DNA of 64,000 nucleotides from NCBI RefSeq assembly GCF_055900595.2, contig NZ_CM148325.1; one strand, 5' to 3'. Shown piece by piece: positions 50,901 to 59,540 of this stretch (position 1 is its first letter; each line of letters starts with the position of its first letter). The notes under the pieces were generated by a model. It saw only the letters and a program-made list of their open reading frames with translations, ran no database searches and was not told where the DNA came from. The position numbers and the translations under genes were made by a program.

Positions 50901-51697
50901 ATGGGCGTATCGTTTATATATATGTTCTCTCGTTACTGAGAGATAGGCAAATCAAGGAGGCAATGGATATAGCAAAGAAACTATCACTAAGTGATGAAAA
51001 TAAAGAAGAACTATTAATTGAATTAGTAAGATTTGATAATGTAAAGAACATAAAATCGATTGATATTGATTTTCTTTTGCCTTCAAAGAATGATGAGACG
51101 CTATTAAAATTATATTATAATGTAAAGCAAAGCATCCCGGAAAACATCGTAAAGAGATATTCTCATATTGATGATATGCCCTATTTTGTTTTTGAGTTTT
51201 ATTTAGATGAGTTATTGTCAAAAAAAGAATTTGAAGGCTATTACGAGTACTTAAACAATTCAAAAAACAAAGTGCAATATCTTGACAATAACATTAATAA
51301 ATATAAATACATCAAGTGTATCTTTAATATACTCGGCCCTAATGCTTTTTATGAGGAATTATGTGAAGTATCTAAAGAGGATTGTCTACATAAATCCTTT
51401 AATTATTTGTTTTTAAATAATATAACTTCTGATGCGGGGCTTTTTCATAAAATAATAAAGACTTTAATAACTTTGGGGTTACATAATTTTTCTTGTTTGG
51501 AAGTTTACAATTACATACTGTACTTTTATAAGCAAGAGCGGCCTGATCTGGCTAAAGATGTCATGTATATCTTTTCTATTAAACAAAATGTTAAACAAAA
51601 TGAGCGATTTTATAATGATTCCAAAAACTGGAAAAGTCATGATGACTATGACACATTAGTTAAAGCGGTATCTGAGCTTGAAAATTCGATGAAATAA
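47951..51697 (+). CDS. Large multidomain capsule polymerase candidate with TagF-like (CDP-glycerol glycerophosphotransferase-family) core
   Basis: 1248 aa from GTG 47951. Central region carries TagF-family hallmarks FLQHGITKDD, ILIMPTWRKE (PTWR motif) and ITDYSSVAFDIAYMKTPVIYFQFD; C-terminal ~400 aa is helical/TPR-like, N-terminal ~450 aa unassigned. Confidence 0.75.
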   Translation: MKIKKIKKLFKNPKSFIADSRYFNFINSKKKVDNKLEIGFIVISQNHDLSRYSIDSIIQANNAASKSFPYIVIHDYDEKCGTETIHTIVKKLDTPYIKILFDGEKIHRDFIIKFLNHNIDPNNNDIILHAFSTNSNVKQVDGLLSSSKDISFNNQLWKEHAVLLFSTLIIKSDLILNTSKILHHGGRIIDSLNVLRIFRECEEMDYVLYLNDMYSFNSASLKLEEKIKVLMEDELLLKITFAEIFEHVSLGGRNVFYRKTLFYFIHNIVLFLLKNKKTDERLHEETKTLIKNQLTDIIRILGVDILKGFSAKNYNHVHKIGYLKLIGVKADKDLCYIEDINSENKVVKVKIASQTDAYPQILLNKEYLIPFTAKVKDLTIFDVNFSHEIYFWFSYDAISQELVIKKENNTEILSGGKHYKKIKIENIIKNFERRDLINSSLPLMSKILRYLHTVSFFQKKFLNAWVFIDNEIRADDNAEHFYRYISQKHPDINIYFLLSKKSVDWERLKKAGFKLVKFGGFYHRLLLLNARYLLSSHANPAIVNYLPKKYYADLMKYKFVFLQHGITKDDQSEWLNSRKIDYLVTASKFEHDDISRRGRYRYTTKEVVLTGFPRFDNLSNVDTRNNQILIMPTWRKELAGELMKKSSKRIKNKDFANSLFCKMWGGVLRSESLYNAYKKKGYTIIFYPHPNLADYISDLNIPDYVKIGSLENESIQSIFKKTNLLITDYSSVAFDIAYMKTPVIYFQFDSDTFFSNHSYSKGYFDYNDFGFGPVVKNINDLSEQLNLIVDNNCNLTDFYMSRIKSFFPFSDNNNSSRLYKVLSVGVNKKHDLETLYNYLLMFTSIIDIEGIALMLNNYKQQLQKILYKEGCDICVVINCLYLIANVIDEPKLNLAIRNLLDGVELTNGALKKNHSFGMNNGVDSRISYIEDQIETLSTIIDTNSKLLRHLIDLHAFLTFFKNEEYVQAVFSFKHLQNNLKLRIDGRIVYIYVLSLLRDRQIKEAMDIAKKLSLSDENKEELLIELVRFDNVKNIKSIDIDFLLPSKNDETLLKLYYNVKQSIPENIVKRYSHIDDMPYFVFEFYLDELLSKKEFEGYYEYLNNSKNKVQYLDNNINKYKYIKCIFNILGPNAFYEELCEVSKEDCLHKSFNYLFLNNITSDAGLFHKIIKTLITLGLHNFSCLEVYNYILYFYKQERPDLAKDVMYIFSIKQNVKQNERFYNDSKNWKSHDDYDTLVKAVSELENSMK

Positions 51698-51862
51698 TTA
51701 TTAACACTAAAGGTAAAAATATAAAACGCTTTATCTCCCGCAGCCCAGTCTCATCAAAATCAAGCATTTGGATAAATAAAAAGACTGGGTTATTTATCAA
51801 TAAATTTCTATAATAGCGTAAAATATTAATTAAATTTTTTCCTGATCTGTAAAAATGAAATA

Positions 51863-52549
51863 ATGTTTATGATTACAATTGAAAATCTAACAAAGTCATA
51901 CAGAACGCCACTCGGACGACACTATATATTTAAAGATTTAAATATTGCATTTCCATCAGATAAAAGCATAGCTCTCTTAGGGCGAAATGGAGCAGGTAAG
52001 TCAACTCTTTTAAGAGTTATTGGAGGCATTGATAGACCAGATAAAGGTACTGTAATTACGGATAAAACAATTTCTTGGCCTGTTGGATTGTCTGGAGGTT
52101 TTCAGGGGAGTTTAACTGGGCGAGAAAATGTCAAGTTTGTTGCTCGATTATACTCAAAAGCAAATGAATTAAAAAATAAAATTGAGTTTGTAGAAGAGTT
52201 TTCTGAATTAGGGAAATATTTTGATATGCCAATCAAAACCTACTCATCAGGGATGAGATCACGGCTTGGTTTTGGTCTAAGCATGGCATTTAATTTTGAT
52301 TATTATCTTGTTGATGAAATTACTGCAGTTGGTGATGCTAGATTTAAAGAAAAATGTGCTAAACTTTTTAAAGCAAAGCATTCTGAATTTAATTTCATTA
52401 TGGTTTCACATAGCTTGCATTCCTTAAAAGAGTTTTGTGATGTTGCTATATATTTAGGTAGAAACAACATGGTTTACTATTTTGATGATGTTGATTATGC
52501 GATTAAACAATATTTGATTGATGAAAAAATAAATCCACGGTCAAATTAA
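51863..52549 (+). CDS. kpsT: Capsule polysaccharide ABC exporter ATP-binding protein
   Basis: 228 aa; Walker A GRNGAGKSTLL, ABC signature YSSGMRSRLGF, Walker B YYLVDE; near-identical in pattern to remembered KpsT (IENLTKSYRTP.GRHY.FK.LNI.FP). Confidence 0.9.
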   Translation: MFMITIENLTKSYRTPLGRHYIFKDLNIAFPSDKSIALLGRNGAGKSTLLRVIGGIDRPDKGTVITDKTISWPVGLSGGFQGSLTGRENVKFVARLYSKANELKNKIEFVEEFSELGKYFDMPIKTYSSGMRSRLGFGLSMAFNFDYYLVDEITAVGDARFKEKCAKLFKAKHSEFNFIMVSHSLHSLKEFCDVAIYLGRNNMVYYFDDVDYAIKQYLIDEKINPRSN

Positions 52550-52756
52550 ATTGATATATGATAAAACCTTTAAATTTAAAAGAAATGACCGCATTTTACA
52601 TCTGGTTTAGTGTTTTTTCAAAAATGTGATAGCCGGTTATGCTTTTTCACCTCATTAAAATACTTTCTGATATATTTATGGATATTTCTAATGCCTGCTT
52701 GTTAAACATAAATCCTACTTTTCTATGATATAGTATCTTATTATGTAAATTTATCT

Positions 52757-55258
52757 TTGGAAATCATAATGGCGCATAACTTTTCTTCAGTGCTCGAAAA
52801 TCATAACGAAGATATCAACATCTGCATCTCTAAATTTGATATTAACATTGATAATTATTCCGTATTTACTCCTAAGGAGTTGAATATAAAAGGTGATGAT
52901 AGTAATAAGGTTTATATAAAAGGTAATAAGCTTCCTGTAGGCATTGAAATAATATTTACAGATAAAGCAAAAAAATGTAACGTTTTCATCGATGAAAACA
53001 TTAAAGCTAAAGCTAGTAAAATATCATTAAAAAATGAAAATAACTTTCTTTATCTTGGCCGAAATTGCACACTGAATAATATTGGAGCAGTTATTTTAGG
53101 TCGTAATGATTTTATAATTGTTGGTGAGAGTGTTTCGGTAACAGCTCATAATACTTGGAGCACCGGTTTTAATTCAGGAAAAGATAATAATGGACTTATT
53201 ATAGGAGATCATTGTCTTATCGCATCTGAAATTATAATCCGCCCAGGTGACGGACATCTTGTAATTGATACCAATACTGGTCAACAATTAAATGTTTCAC
53301 ATAAACCTATAGTAATCGAGCCTTATTGCTGGATTGCTCAAAGAGCTGCAATTTTAAAAAATGTACGTATAGGTGCATGTTCAATAATTTCCTTGGGAGC
53401 TGTAGTTACAAAATCATGTAACCGGTTTAGCCTTCTTTCTGGAGTACCTGCGAAAGCTGTGCCTCTAGGAGGCAAAATGTGGTTAAGAGGTCCTGGTAAA
53501 GAAGCAAAAGCTATCCAACAATATTATAAGGATAAGTTTAGTTGCCCGGCATCTAATACAGAATTAGTTATCCAGAAACAAGAGCAAAGTAATCTGAAAG
53601 GGACGATATCAGATTCATTAATGAACTGGGAGTTTATACGCACTACACAGATTATCAATAGAATTGTCTCTGTTGATAACCCTGATTTTGGTCTGGCTGT
53701 AAAATATTATTTGGATCTAGGATATTTAGATGCAGCGTTCTCGTTGTTAGATGATTTTGAGAGAAAACACGGATGTTGTATAAAAAATTATCCTGGGAAT
53801 CATATTGAAAACTGGAGCTCAGTAATATATTGCTCACGTCTTAAAGACAGAGTTAGAATAAATTCTAAATTAAACAGCACAACACCTTTTTTTACTCAAA
53901 TGCTCGTGTGTTGTGTGAGTAATGAGTTGGATGAGGTATTTGTATCATTAAAAAAATTCTGGAATCATATTATAAGCAAAGATATCGATGCCGAATCGAA
54001 TATGATTCTTAGCTATGCCGTTCTGAAACTTATTGACCACTGTAAACTTGATGATGAACTTGGTATAAAAATATCTTTACATTTACACTCGGCAAAAAAC
54101 ATCAATATTTATAGACGTCGACATTTGCTTAAAGAACTAATTGTTTATTTTTCATCCATTAATAATACAAGCTTTTTTTCATTACCTAAAGCATTTACTA
54201 ACCATTTGCATAAAATATCAAATACACTTCAATCTTATAGTAACCGAGAAGTTGGTGCAAAATATCTTAATAAAATATTTATAGAGAATATTAGAACCAA
54301 CAACGACTTCTCAATAAAAAGATATGCAAGATGTCCAAAGCGTACAGCAATTTGTGTCTCTGGTATGATGAAAATTGATGATTCAGCCATGCGCTCATTA
54401 TATCAAAAAATCGCAGAACCATTAAATGCTGATATATTTTTGCATACATGGGATAAGATCCAAGTTTGGAGCGGAGAGGCTCGTAAGTCTGGATTTTGGC
54501 AACGGCAATTCAAGCTTCCTGATAATAAAATACCTCATCCATTAAGAGACATTGATAAATTTAAAGAGAAATTCCCTCGTACAGGTAATTTGCTTCTAAG
54601 TACAATTACTGATGATATTAATGTTCACTTTTCCGCTACACACCCTTTAATAAAAATGAGTGTCATTGAAAATGAAGATGTCGCTCTTCATAATTGGTTA
54701 AATAATAAATCATTTATGAGCAGGGGGAACTATAATCAGTTTAAAATGTATTATGGCATTAAACGAGTATTTGAACTATTAAAAGAATATGAAGAAAATA
54801 ATGGCTTTAAATATGATGTCATTATAAGAACTCGCCCAGATATGTTTATTACGAAAGAGTTCGATATAGAACGACTTAACCAAGCTAAAGAAAATAGCAT
54901 TGTCGTTAATTGTGGAAGTGTGGGACCCAATGATGGTATTTTTTATGCGCTCAGGCAGGATTATGAAAAGATAGTATCAATATGGGATGAGATGCTACAG
55001 TCAGAAAGTTTGAGTCCTTTCTTAAATTTTGAAAAGTATGATTCGCATGTTCTTTTGTATGCATGGCTATGCCATAAAAATATAGAGATGATAAATATAG
55101 ATGATATATTTTATGACTTGGCAATCATATCAACTTCGGCTAAAATCCCTGGGCTCAGACAAGCCCTTGAAGAGGATCTTATTAATTTTGATAAAAACTT
55201 AAAGGAGCAGAAGCAATATACTGATTTATTCAATTTTTTATTGAGTCGCTCTAAGTGA
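52757..55258 (+). CDS. Fusion protein: N-terminal hexapeptide-repeat (left-handed beta-helix) acyltransferase region plus large C-terminal region of unknown function
   Basis: 833 aa; residues ~100-240 show hexapeptide-type repeats (LIIGDHCLIASEIIIRPGDGHLV ... CWIAQRAAILKNVRIGACSIISLGAVV) as in O-acetyltransferases; remainder unassigned. Start may be ATG 52769 (MAHNF). Confidence 0.55.
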   Translation: MEIIMAHNFSSVLENHNEDINICISKFDINIDNYSVFTPKELNIKGDDSNKVYIKGNKLPVGIEIIFTDKAKKCNVFIDENIKAKASKISLKNENNFLYLGRNCTLNNIGAVILGRNDFIIVGESVSVTAHNTWSTGFNSGKDNNGLIIGDHCLIASEIIIRPGDGHLVIDTNTGQQLNVSHKPIVIEPYCWIAQRAAILKNVRIGACSIISLGAVVTKSCNRFSLLSGVPAKAVPLGGKMWLRGPGKEAKAIQQYYKDKFSCPASNTELVIQKQEQSNLKGTISDSLMNWEFIRTTQIINRIVSVDNPDFGLAVKYYLDLGYLDAAFSLLDDFERKHGCCIKNYPGNHIENWSSVIYCSRLKDRVRINSKLNSTTPFFTQMLVCCVSNELDEVFVSLKKFWNHIISKDIDAESNMILSYAVLKLIDHCKLDDELGIKISLHLHSAKNINIYRRRHLLKELIVYFSSINNTSFFSLPKAFTNHLHKISNTLQSYSNREVGAKYLNKIFIENIRTNNDFSIKRYARCPKRTAICVSGMMKIDDSAMRSLYQKIAEPLNADIFLHTWDKIQVWSGEARKSGFWQRQFKLPDNKIPHPLRDIDKFKEKFPRTGNLLLSTITDDINVHFSATHPLIKMSVIENEDVALHNWLNNKSFMSRGNYNQFKMYYGIKRVFELLKEYEENNGFKYDVIIRTRPDMFITKEFDIERLNQAKENSIVVNCGSVGPNDGIFYALRQDYEKIVSIWDEMLQSESLSPFLNFEKYDSHVLLYAWLCHKNIEMINIDDIFYDLAIISTSAKIPGLRQALEEDLINFDKNLKEQKQYTDLFNFLLSRSK

Positions 55259-55295
55259 ACCATTATTAATAAATACTGTTTAATAAGGTGATAGT

Positions 55296-56042
55296 ATGTT
55301 TGTTATAACAATGGCTGGCTTAAGTAGTCGTTTTTTTAATGCCGGTTATACTGTGCCAAAATATCAACTGCCACTACATGGGCAAACTGTTTTTTACCAC
55401 TCCATAAATTCGTTTCACAACTATTTTCACAGTGATGATTTTATTTTTATAATAAGAAACATATTTGAAACATCAGTATTTATAAAATCAGAATGTAAAA
55501 AACTAGGGATAAAGAATTTCGAGATAATTACTTTGGACAAAGAAACTAGAGGGCAGGCAGAGTCAGCATATATTGGATTAAAAGATATTAATTATACTGA
55601 TGGTATATATATATTCAATATAGATACTATTAGACATGATTACACCAAACCTGACTTTATTAATAATTGTGATGGATATCTTGAAGTTTTTGAGGGGGAG
55701 GGTAAACATTGGTCATTTATACTCCCAGATCAGAATGGAAATGTTTCTCGCACTACTGAAAAAATAAGAATATCTAATTTATGCAGCGATGGATTATATT
55801 ATTTCAAGGATAAGTATATATTTGAGAGTGCTTTTAATAACGCTGTGAAAAAAAACAATGAAATAGCAGGGGAATATTATGTGGCTCCTCTTTATAATAC
55901 ATTAATACAAGATGGTAAAGTTATAAAATACGAACTTGTAAATAATTCATTTATTGATTTCTGTGGTACTCCTGAAGAATATAATCTTTTATTATCCCAA
56001 CCATATAAATTTGTGGAAAAATATGAAGAGAATAATTTTTGA
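55296..56042 (+). CDS. Putative sugar-/alcohol-phosphate nucleotidyltransferase (GT-A-like NTP-transferase fold)
   Basis: 248 aa; N-terminal ITMAGLSSRF...PKYQLPLHGQTV resembles the (I/L)AAGxG(T/S)R(L/F)...PK.L glycine-rich loop of nucleotidyltransferases. Confidence 0.55.
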   Translation: MFVITMAGLSSRFFNAGYTVPKYQLPLHGQTVFYHSINSFHNYFHSDDFIFIIRNIFETSVFIKSECKKLGIKNFEIITLDKETRGQAESAYIGLKDINYTDGIYIFNIDTIRHDYTKPDFINNCDGYLEVFEGEGKHWSFILPDQNGNVSRTTEKIRISNLCSDGLYYFKDKYIFESAFNNAVKKNNEIAGEYYVAPLYNTLIQDGKVIKYELVNNSFIDFCGTPEEYNLLLSQPYKFVEKYEENNF

Positions 56043-56394
56043 TATCGATAATACTCTTTCATTTACTACCAATGGAGATTATAAGAATGCAGAGCCAAAT
56101 ATACCTTTGATAGAAAAACTGAGAGAATATAAAGGAAAAGGTTACGAGATTATACTTTCCACGAGTAGAAATATGCGAACCTATAATAGTAATATAGGAA
56201 AGATTACAGCAGTAACTTTACCTATAATTGTAGAGTGGCTAGAAAAAAATAATGTACCTTATGATGAAATTTATGTCGGTAAACCATGGTGCGGTCATGA
56301 GGGATTCTATGTGGATGATAAGGCCATTCGTCCCAATGAATTTGTTAACTTAAGTTATAATGAGATAAAAAAATTGACAGGTATTAAATCATGA
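56023..56394 (+). CDS. Small HAD-superfamily phosphatase-like protein
   Basis: 124 aa from ATG 56023 (MKRIIFDIDNTL...): HAD motif I DxDxT (FDIDNTL), motif II-like STSR; overlaps the upstream gene by 20 nt and the downstream start by 4 nt. Confidence 0.55.
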   Translation: MKRIIFDIDNTLSFTTNGDYKNAEPNIPLIEKLREYKGKGYEIILSTSRNMRTYNSNIGKITAVTLPIIVEWLEKNNVPYDEIYVGKPWCGHEGFYVDDKAIRPNEFVNLSYNEIKKLTGIKS

Positions 56395-57968
56395 TTTTGA
56401 TTACTTCGGCTGCCTATATTTCTAATGAATTGAGAATTGAGTTTGGTGTTATCCCTCCATGTTTATTACCCATTGGTAATCGTACTTTATTAGAGTATCA
56501 AGCAGAATCAATTCGTAAAATGAGCAACGAGAAAATTTTTTTGACTTTGCCAGAGGATTACTGCCTATCAAAATTTGAAGAACGATTACTAGACTCGCTA
56601 AATATACGAGCCATCTACTTATCACCAAATTTAAGCTTAGGTGAGTCTATTTATCAAGCACTTGATAGTATAGGTGATTATACTTTTTCATCCGATGGTC
56701 TCAAGCTGTTACATGGTGATACTCTGATTAATGATTTAACTAATCAGAATGATATTATTGCTGTGGCACCATCTTCAGATGATTATTTTTGGGAAAAAGA
56801 AGAACATACATATGAGAACCTTGCCTGGTGCGGTTATTTTACATTTTCTATGCCTAATATATTTAAGGGCTTTTTAGAAGCATCAAGATTCAATTTTGTA
56901 CAAGCAGTTCGTTCTTATGATGAAGTAATCCACCTCAGTCGTATGAAACCAAAAAGCTGGGATGATCTAGGGCATTTAAATACTTATTTTATTTCTCGAT
57001 CTAACATTACTACTCAGAGAGCATTTAATGAAATGCGTATTCAACATGGGATGGTATGGAAGTCAAGCAAAAACAACAAAAAAATTCTTGCTGAAACGAA
57101 TTGGTATAAAAAAATCCCAGCCTTACTAAAATCTTTTACACCTCAGTTGATCGAAGACGGTATTTACAACAAAACTGGAAATTATTTCTACACATTAGAA
57201 TATTTACCATATATCCCATTAAATGAAATATTTGTTCACGGCAAAAATCCAGATTTTTTTTGGAGGAAAATTTTCAATATTATCAAAGAATACTTATTCA
57301 AAGCTAATAGTGCACTGACAAATATTAGTCAAAATAATATTGGTGAAAAAATAGCCATTGATTCTGAAGCGTTATATAGGACTAAAACATTTGTTAGACT
57401 CACAGAGTATGCCGTTGAGAATAATATATCAATCGATAAGCCTGTTTTTTACGATAACAGAAGATTACCTTCATTACACGATATAGCTAGTGATTGTATA
57501 GACCGAACTACTCAGCTACCAATTGTACCTTCAATTCTTCATGGGGATCTTTGCTTTAGTAATATTCTTTTCAACTCTCGTCTTAACAGCATTAAAGTGT
57601 TGGATCCTCGTGGTATAAGCCATAATGGTGAAGAGACCATTCTTGGTGACCAAAAATATGATCTGGCAAAACTCTGCCATTCAGTAATAGGGCTTTATGA
57701 TTATGTAATTTCCGGAAGATATCATTTAGATGGGGATCTATTTAATAATGCTGTTATATGGTTTGATATAGATACACGAATTAAGAGTATTCAGCAAGAA
57801 TTTTATGAATATAAATTTTTGTCTAATATTAGTGTTGGAGAAATAATGCCTCTTACTACTTTGCTATTTTTGTCTATGCTGCCCCTTCATAGCGATCGTC
57901 CGGATCGTCAAAAAGCTATGCTGTTTAATGCACTGCGGATATATTCTACATATGTTTACGATGTTTAA
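56391..57968 (+). CDS. Putative bifunctional nucleotidyltransferase / small-molecule kinase (APH/choline-kinase-like)
   Basis: 525 aa; C-terminal half has a Brenner-type phosphotransferase motif ILHGDLCFSNILFN followed by KVLDPRG (DFG-like position); N-terminal ~120 aa resemble an NTP-transferase fold. Assignment by motif only. Confidence 0.5.
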   Translation: MILITSAAYISNELRIEFGVIPPCLLPIGNRTLLEYQAESIRKMSNEKIFLTLPEDYCLSKFEERLLDSLNIRAIYLSPNLSLGESIYQALDSIGDYTFSSDGLKLLHGDTLINDLTNQNDIIAVAPSSDDYFWEKEEHTYENLAWCGYFTFSMPNIFKGFLEASRFNFVQAVRSYDEVIHLSRMKPKSWDDLGHLNTYFISRSNITTQRAFNEMRIQHGMVWKSSKNNKKILAETNWYKKIPALLKSFTPQLIEDGIYNKTGNYFYTLEYLPYIPLNEIFVHGKNPDFFWRKIFNIIKEYLFKANSALTNISQNNIGEKIAIDSEALYRTKTFVRLTEYAVENNISIDKPVFYDNRRLPSLHDIASDCIDRTTQLPIVPSILHGDLCFSNILFNSRLNSIKVLDPRGISHNGEETILGDQKYDLAKLCHSVIGLYDYVISGRYHLDGDLFNNAVIWFDIDTRIKSIQQEFYEYKFLSNISVGEIMPLTTLLFLSMLPLHSDRPDRQKAMLFNALRIYSTYVYDV

Positions 57969-58264
57969 TATAAACAATTTATATTATTTAAAATATTAAA
58001 TTGGGAATTGTGTTAATTTAATTTGTTAGTGTTTTATGATTTATTTAAATATTGGATTAGTGGCCTTTTCATCAAATTAACACATTAAATTTTTTGTATT
58101 CTGAATGTAATGGATTACTAACTTTAATAAAGCACTGCTATTATATATTTGTAATATACTGCAGTGCTTTTGTAAATTGCCCGTTTTAGTTCCAAGCATT
58201 TTTGATATACTGAAAAATAATGGTGTTGCCGATATTCCTCCTGCGTTATAATGTTCAGTGATTC

Positions 58265-59360
58265 ATGCGGGTGTTCAACTTATATTCTAACAACCAAGTT
58301 TCCGTGATTTCCCGTACGTCATTCAGCATTCTGAACAGATAAAAATCGAGTATTTCTGTACGGTATGTCAGGTTAAAATGTTCAATGAAAGCATTCAGCG
58401 TCGGTTTACTTGTTTGGATAAACTCCAGTTTTACTACGTGTTTCTCTGCTCATTCAGCCAGTGCCAGAAAGAGAAATTCCGGGTAGTTATCTACGCGAAG
58501 TATGATCGGATAGCTACAGTTTGCTGCGATACTGTCGGGTACACTTACCACTCGTGGAACTGGCAGACGCCGATCGATTTCAATCGATAACGTCTCACGG
58601 TTTTAAAGCTATCAACGATATTGAACGTGCGAAAACGGCGAACACAGACCAGAGCATCATGCATAAAATCGACAGATCATCGTAGGTTCAGCGTTTCCGG
58701 TATGTTAGTGGCGAGGGATTACGCACCGGCAACCGCTGTTTGCCCTTACGGCGAAAATTCAGCTTCAGCAGACAGTAAATTCGGTGGATCCATTTGTGAT
58801 TCCACTAATACCCCTGCTGCCGTAAAATCTGGAAAAGTTTCGGAAAATCGTATCGAAGATAACGCTCTGCCACCGCCGACAAGGCGACAATAATGAGTTC
58901 GTTACGCGTGGTATCTGGAGGATAAAGATAAACCGTTCTGCTCAGGTTCAGACTCCGGCAGGCCTGACTGATACTGAGTCCGATCGTCGTTATCAGGTGA
59001 GTGACCTGCTCACGCTTAAAGACTGGTTTTAAAGCTTTTTTCGATAACGTCTTTCAGTGCCCAGCTCTCCAGCCTCACTCCGGCAAACATCTGTTTGAGA
59101 CGGTGGTTCCCGTCTTTAAGCTCCTTGATCTTTTTAATATCAGAAGCCTCCATGCTGCCGTACTTGGACATTCAGTTGTAGTGGGTGGCTTCAGAAGTAC
59201 CAGCCTCCCGGCAGATATCTTTTAACAGTTCGTCCGGATTCAACCGTTTTAATGGCGGCCATGAGCTGACACTCAGTAAAACGGGCTTTACGCATAACGA
59301 TTACCTTCATCGGTAGATTGGGTATGCCGGAGGATCTCTAAATATGAATGACACAATTAT
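58265..59360 (-). mobile_element. Degenerate IS3-family insertion sequence remnant (IS407-group-like OrfA, disrupted OrfB)
   Basis: Minus-strand translation from 59295 gives MRKARFTECQLMAAIKTVESGRTVKDICREAGTSEATHYN*MSKYGSMEASDIKKIKELKDGNHRLKQMFA..., an IS3-family OrfA with an in-frame stop (TGA at the expected Trp); downstream transposase-like reading is broken by multiple stops and frameshifts. Boundaries approximate; terminal inverted repeats not identified. Confidence 0.6.
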
Positions 59361-59540
59361 GCAGGATACTTAAATAATAAGTTCACATTATGTGATACAC
59401 AGTGTTTCGCCGCTCTTGATAGTTTTATTGTTCAGGGAATATAGAATGGCATAATATTAACTTAGCAGTAATTAATTAGATGTATTTAAGATATAATATA
59501 TTGAAGGTAATTACAGTAACCATGACTTGTAATACTTATG

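Noticed and set aside
58378-59225. Three plus-strand ORFs (70, 90 and 74 aa) in the IS region
   Set aside because: They are antisense to the recognisable IS3-family transposase remnant on the minus strand and have no motifs of their own.
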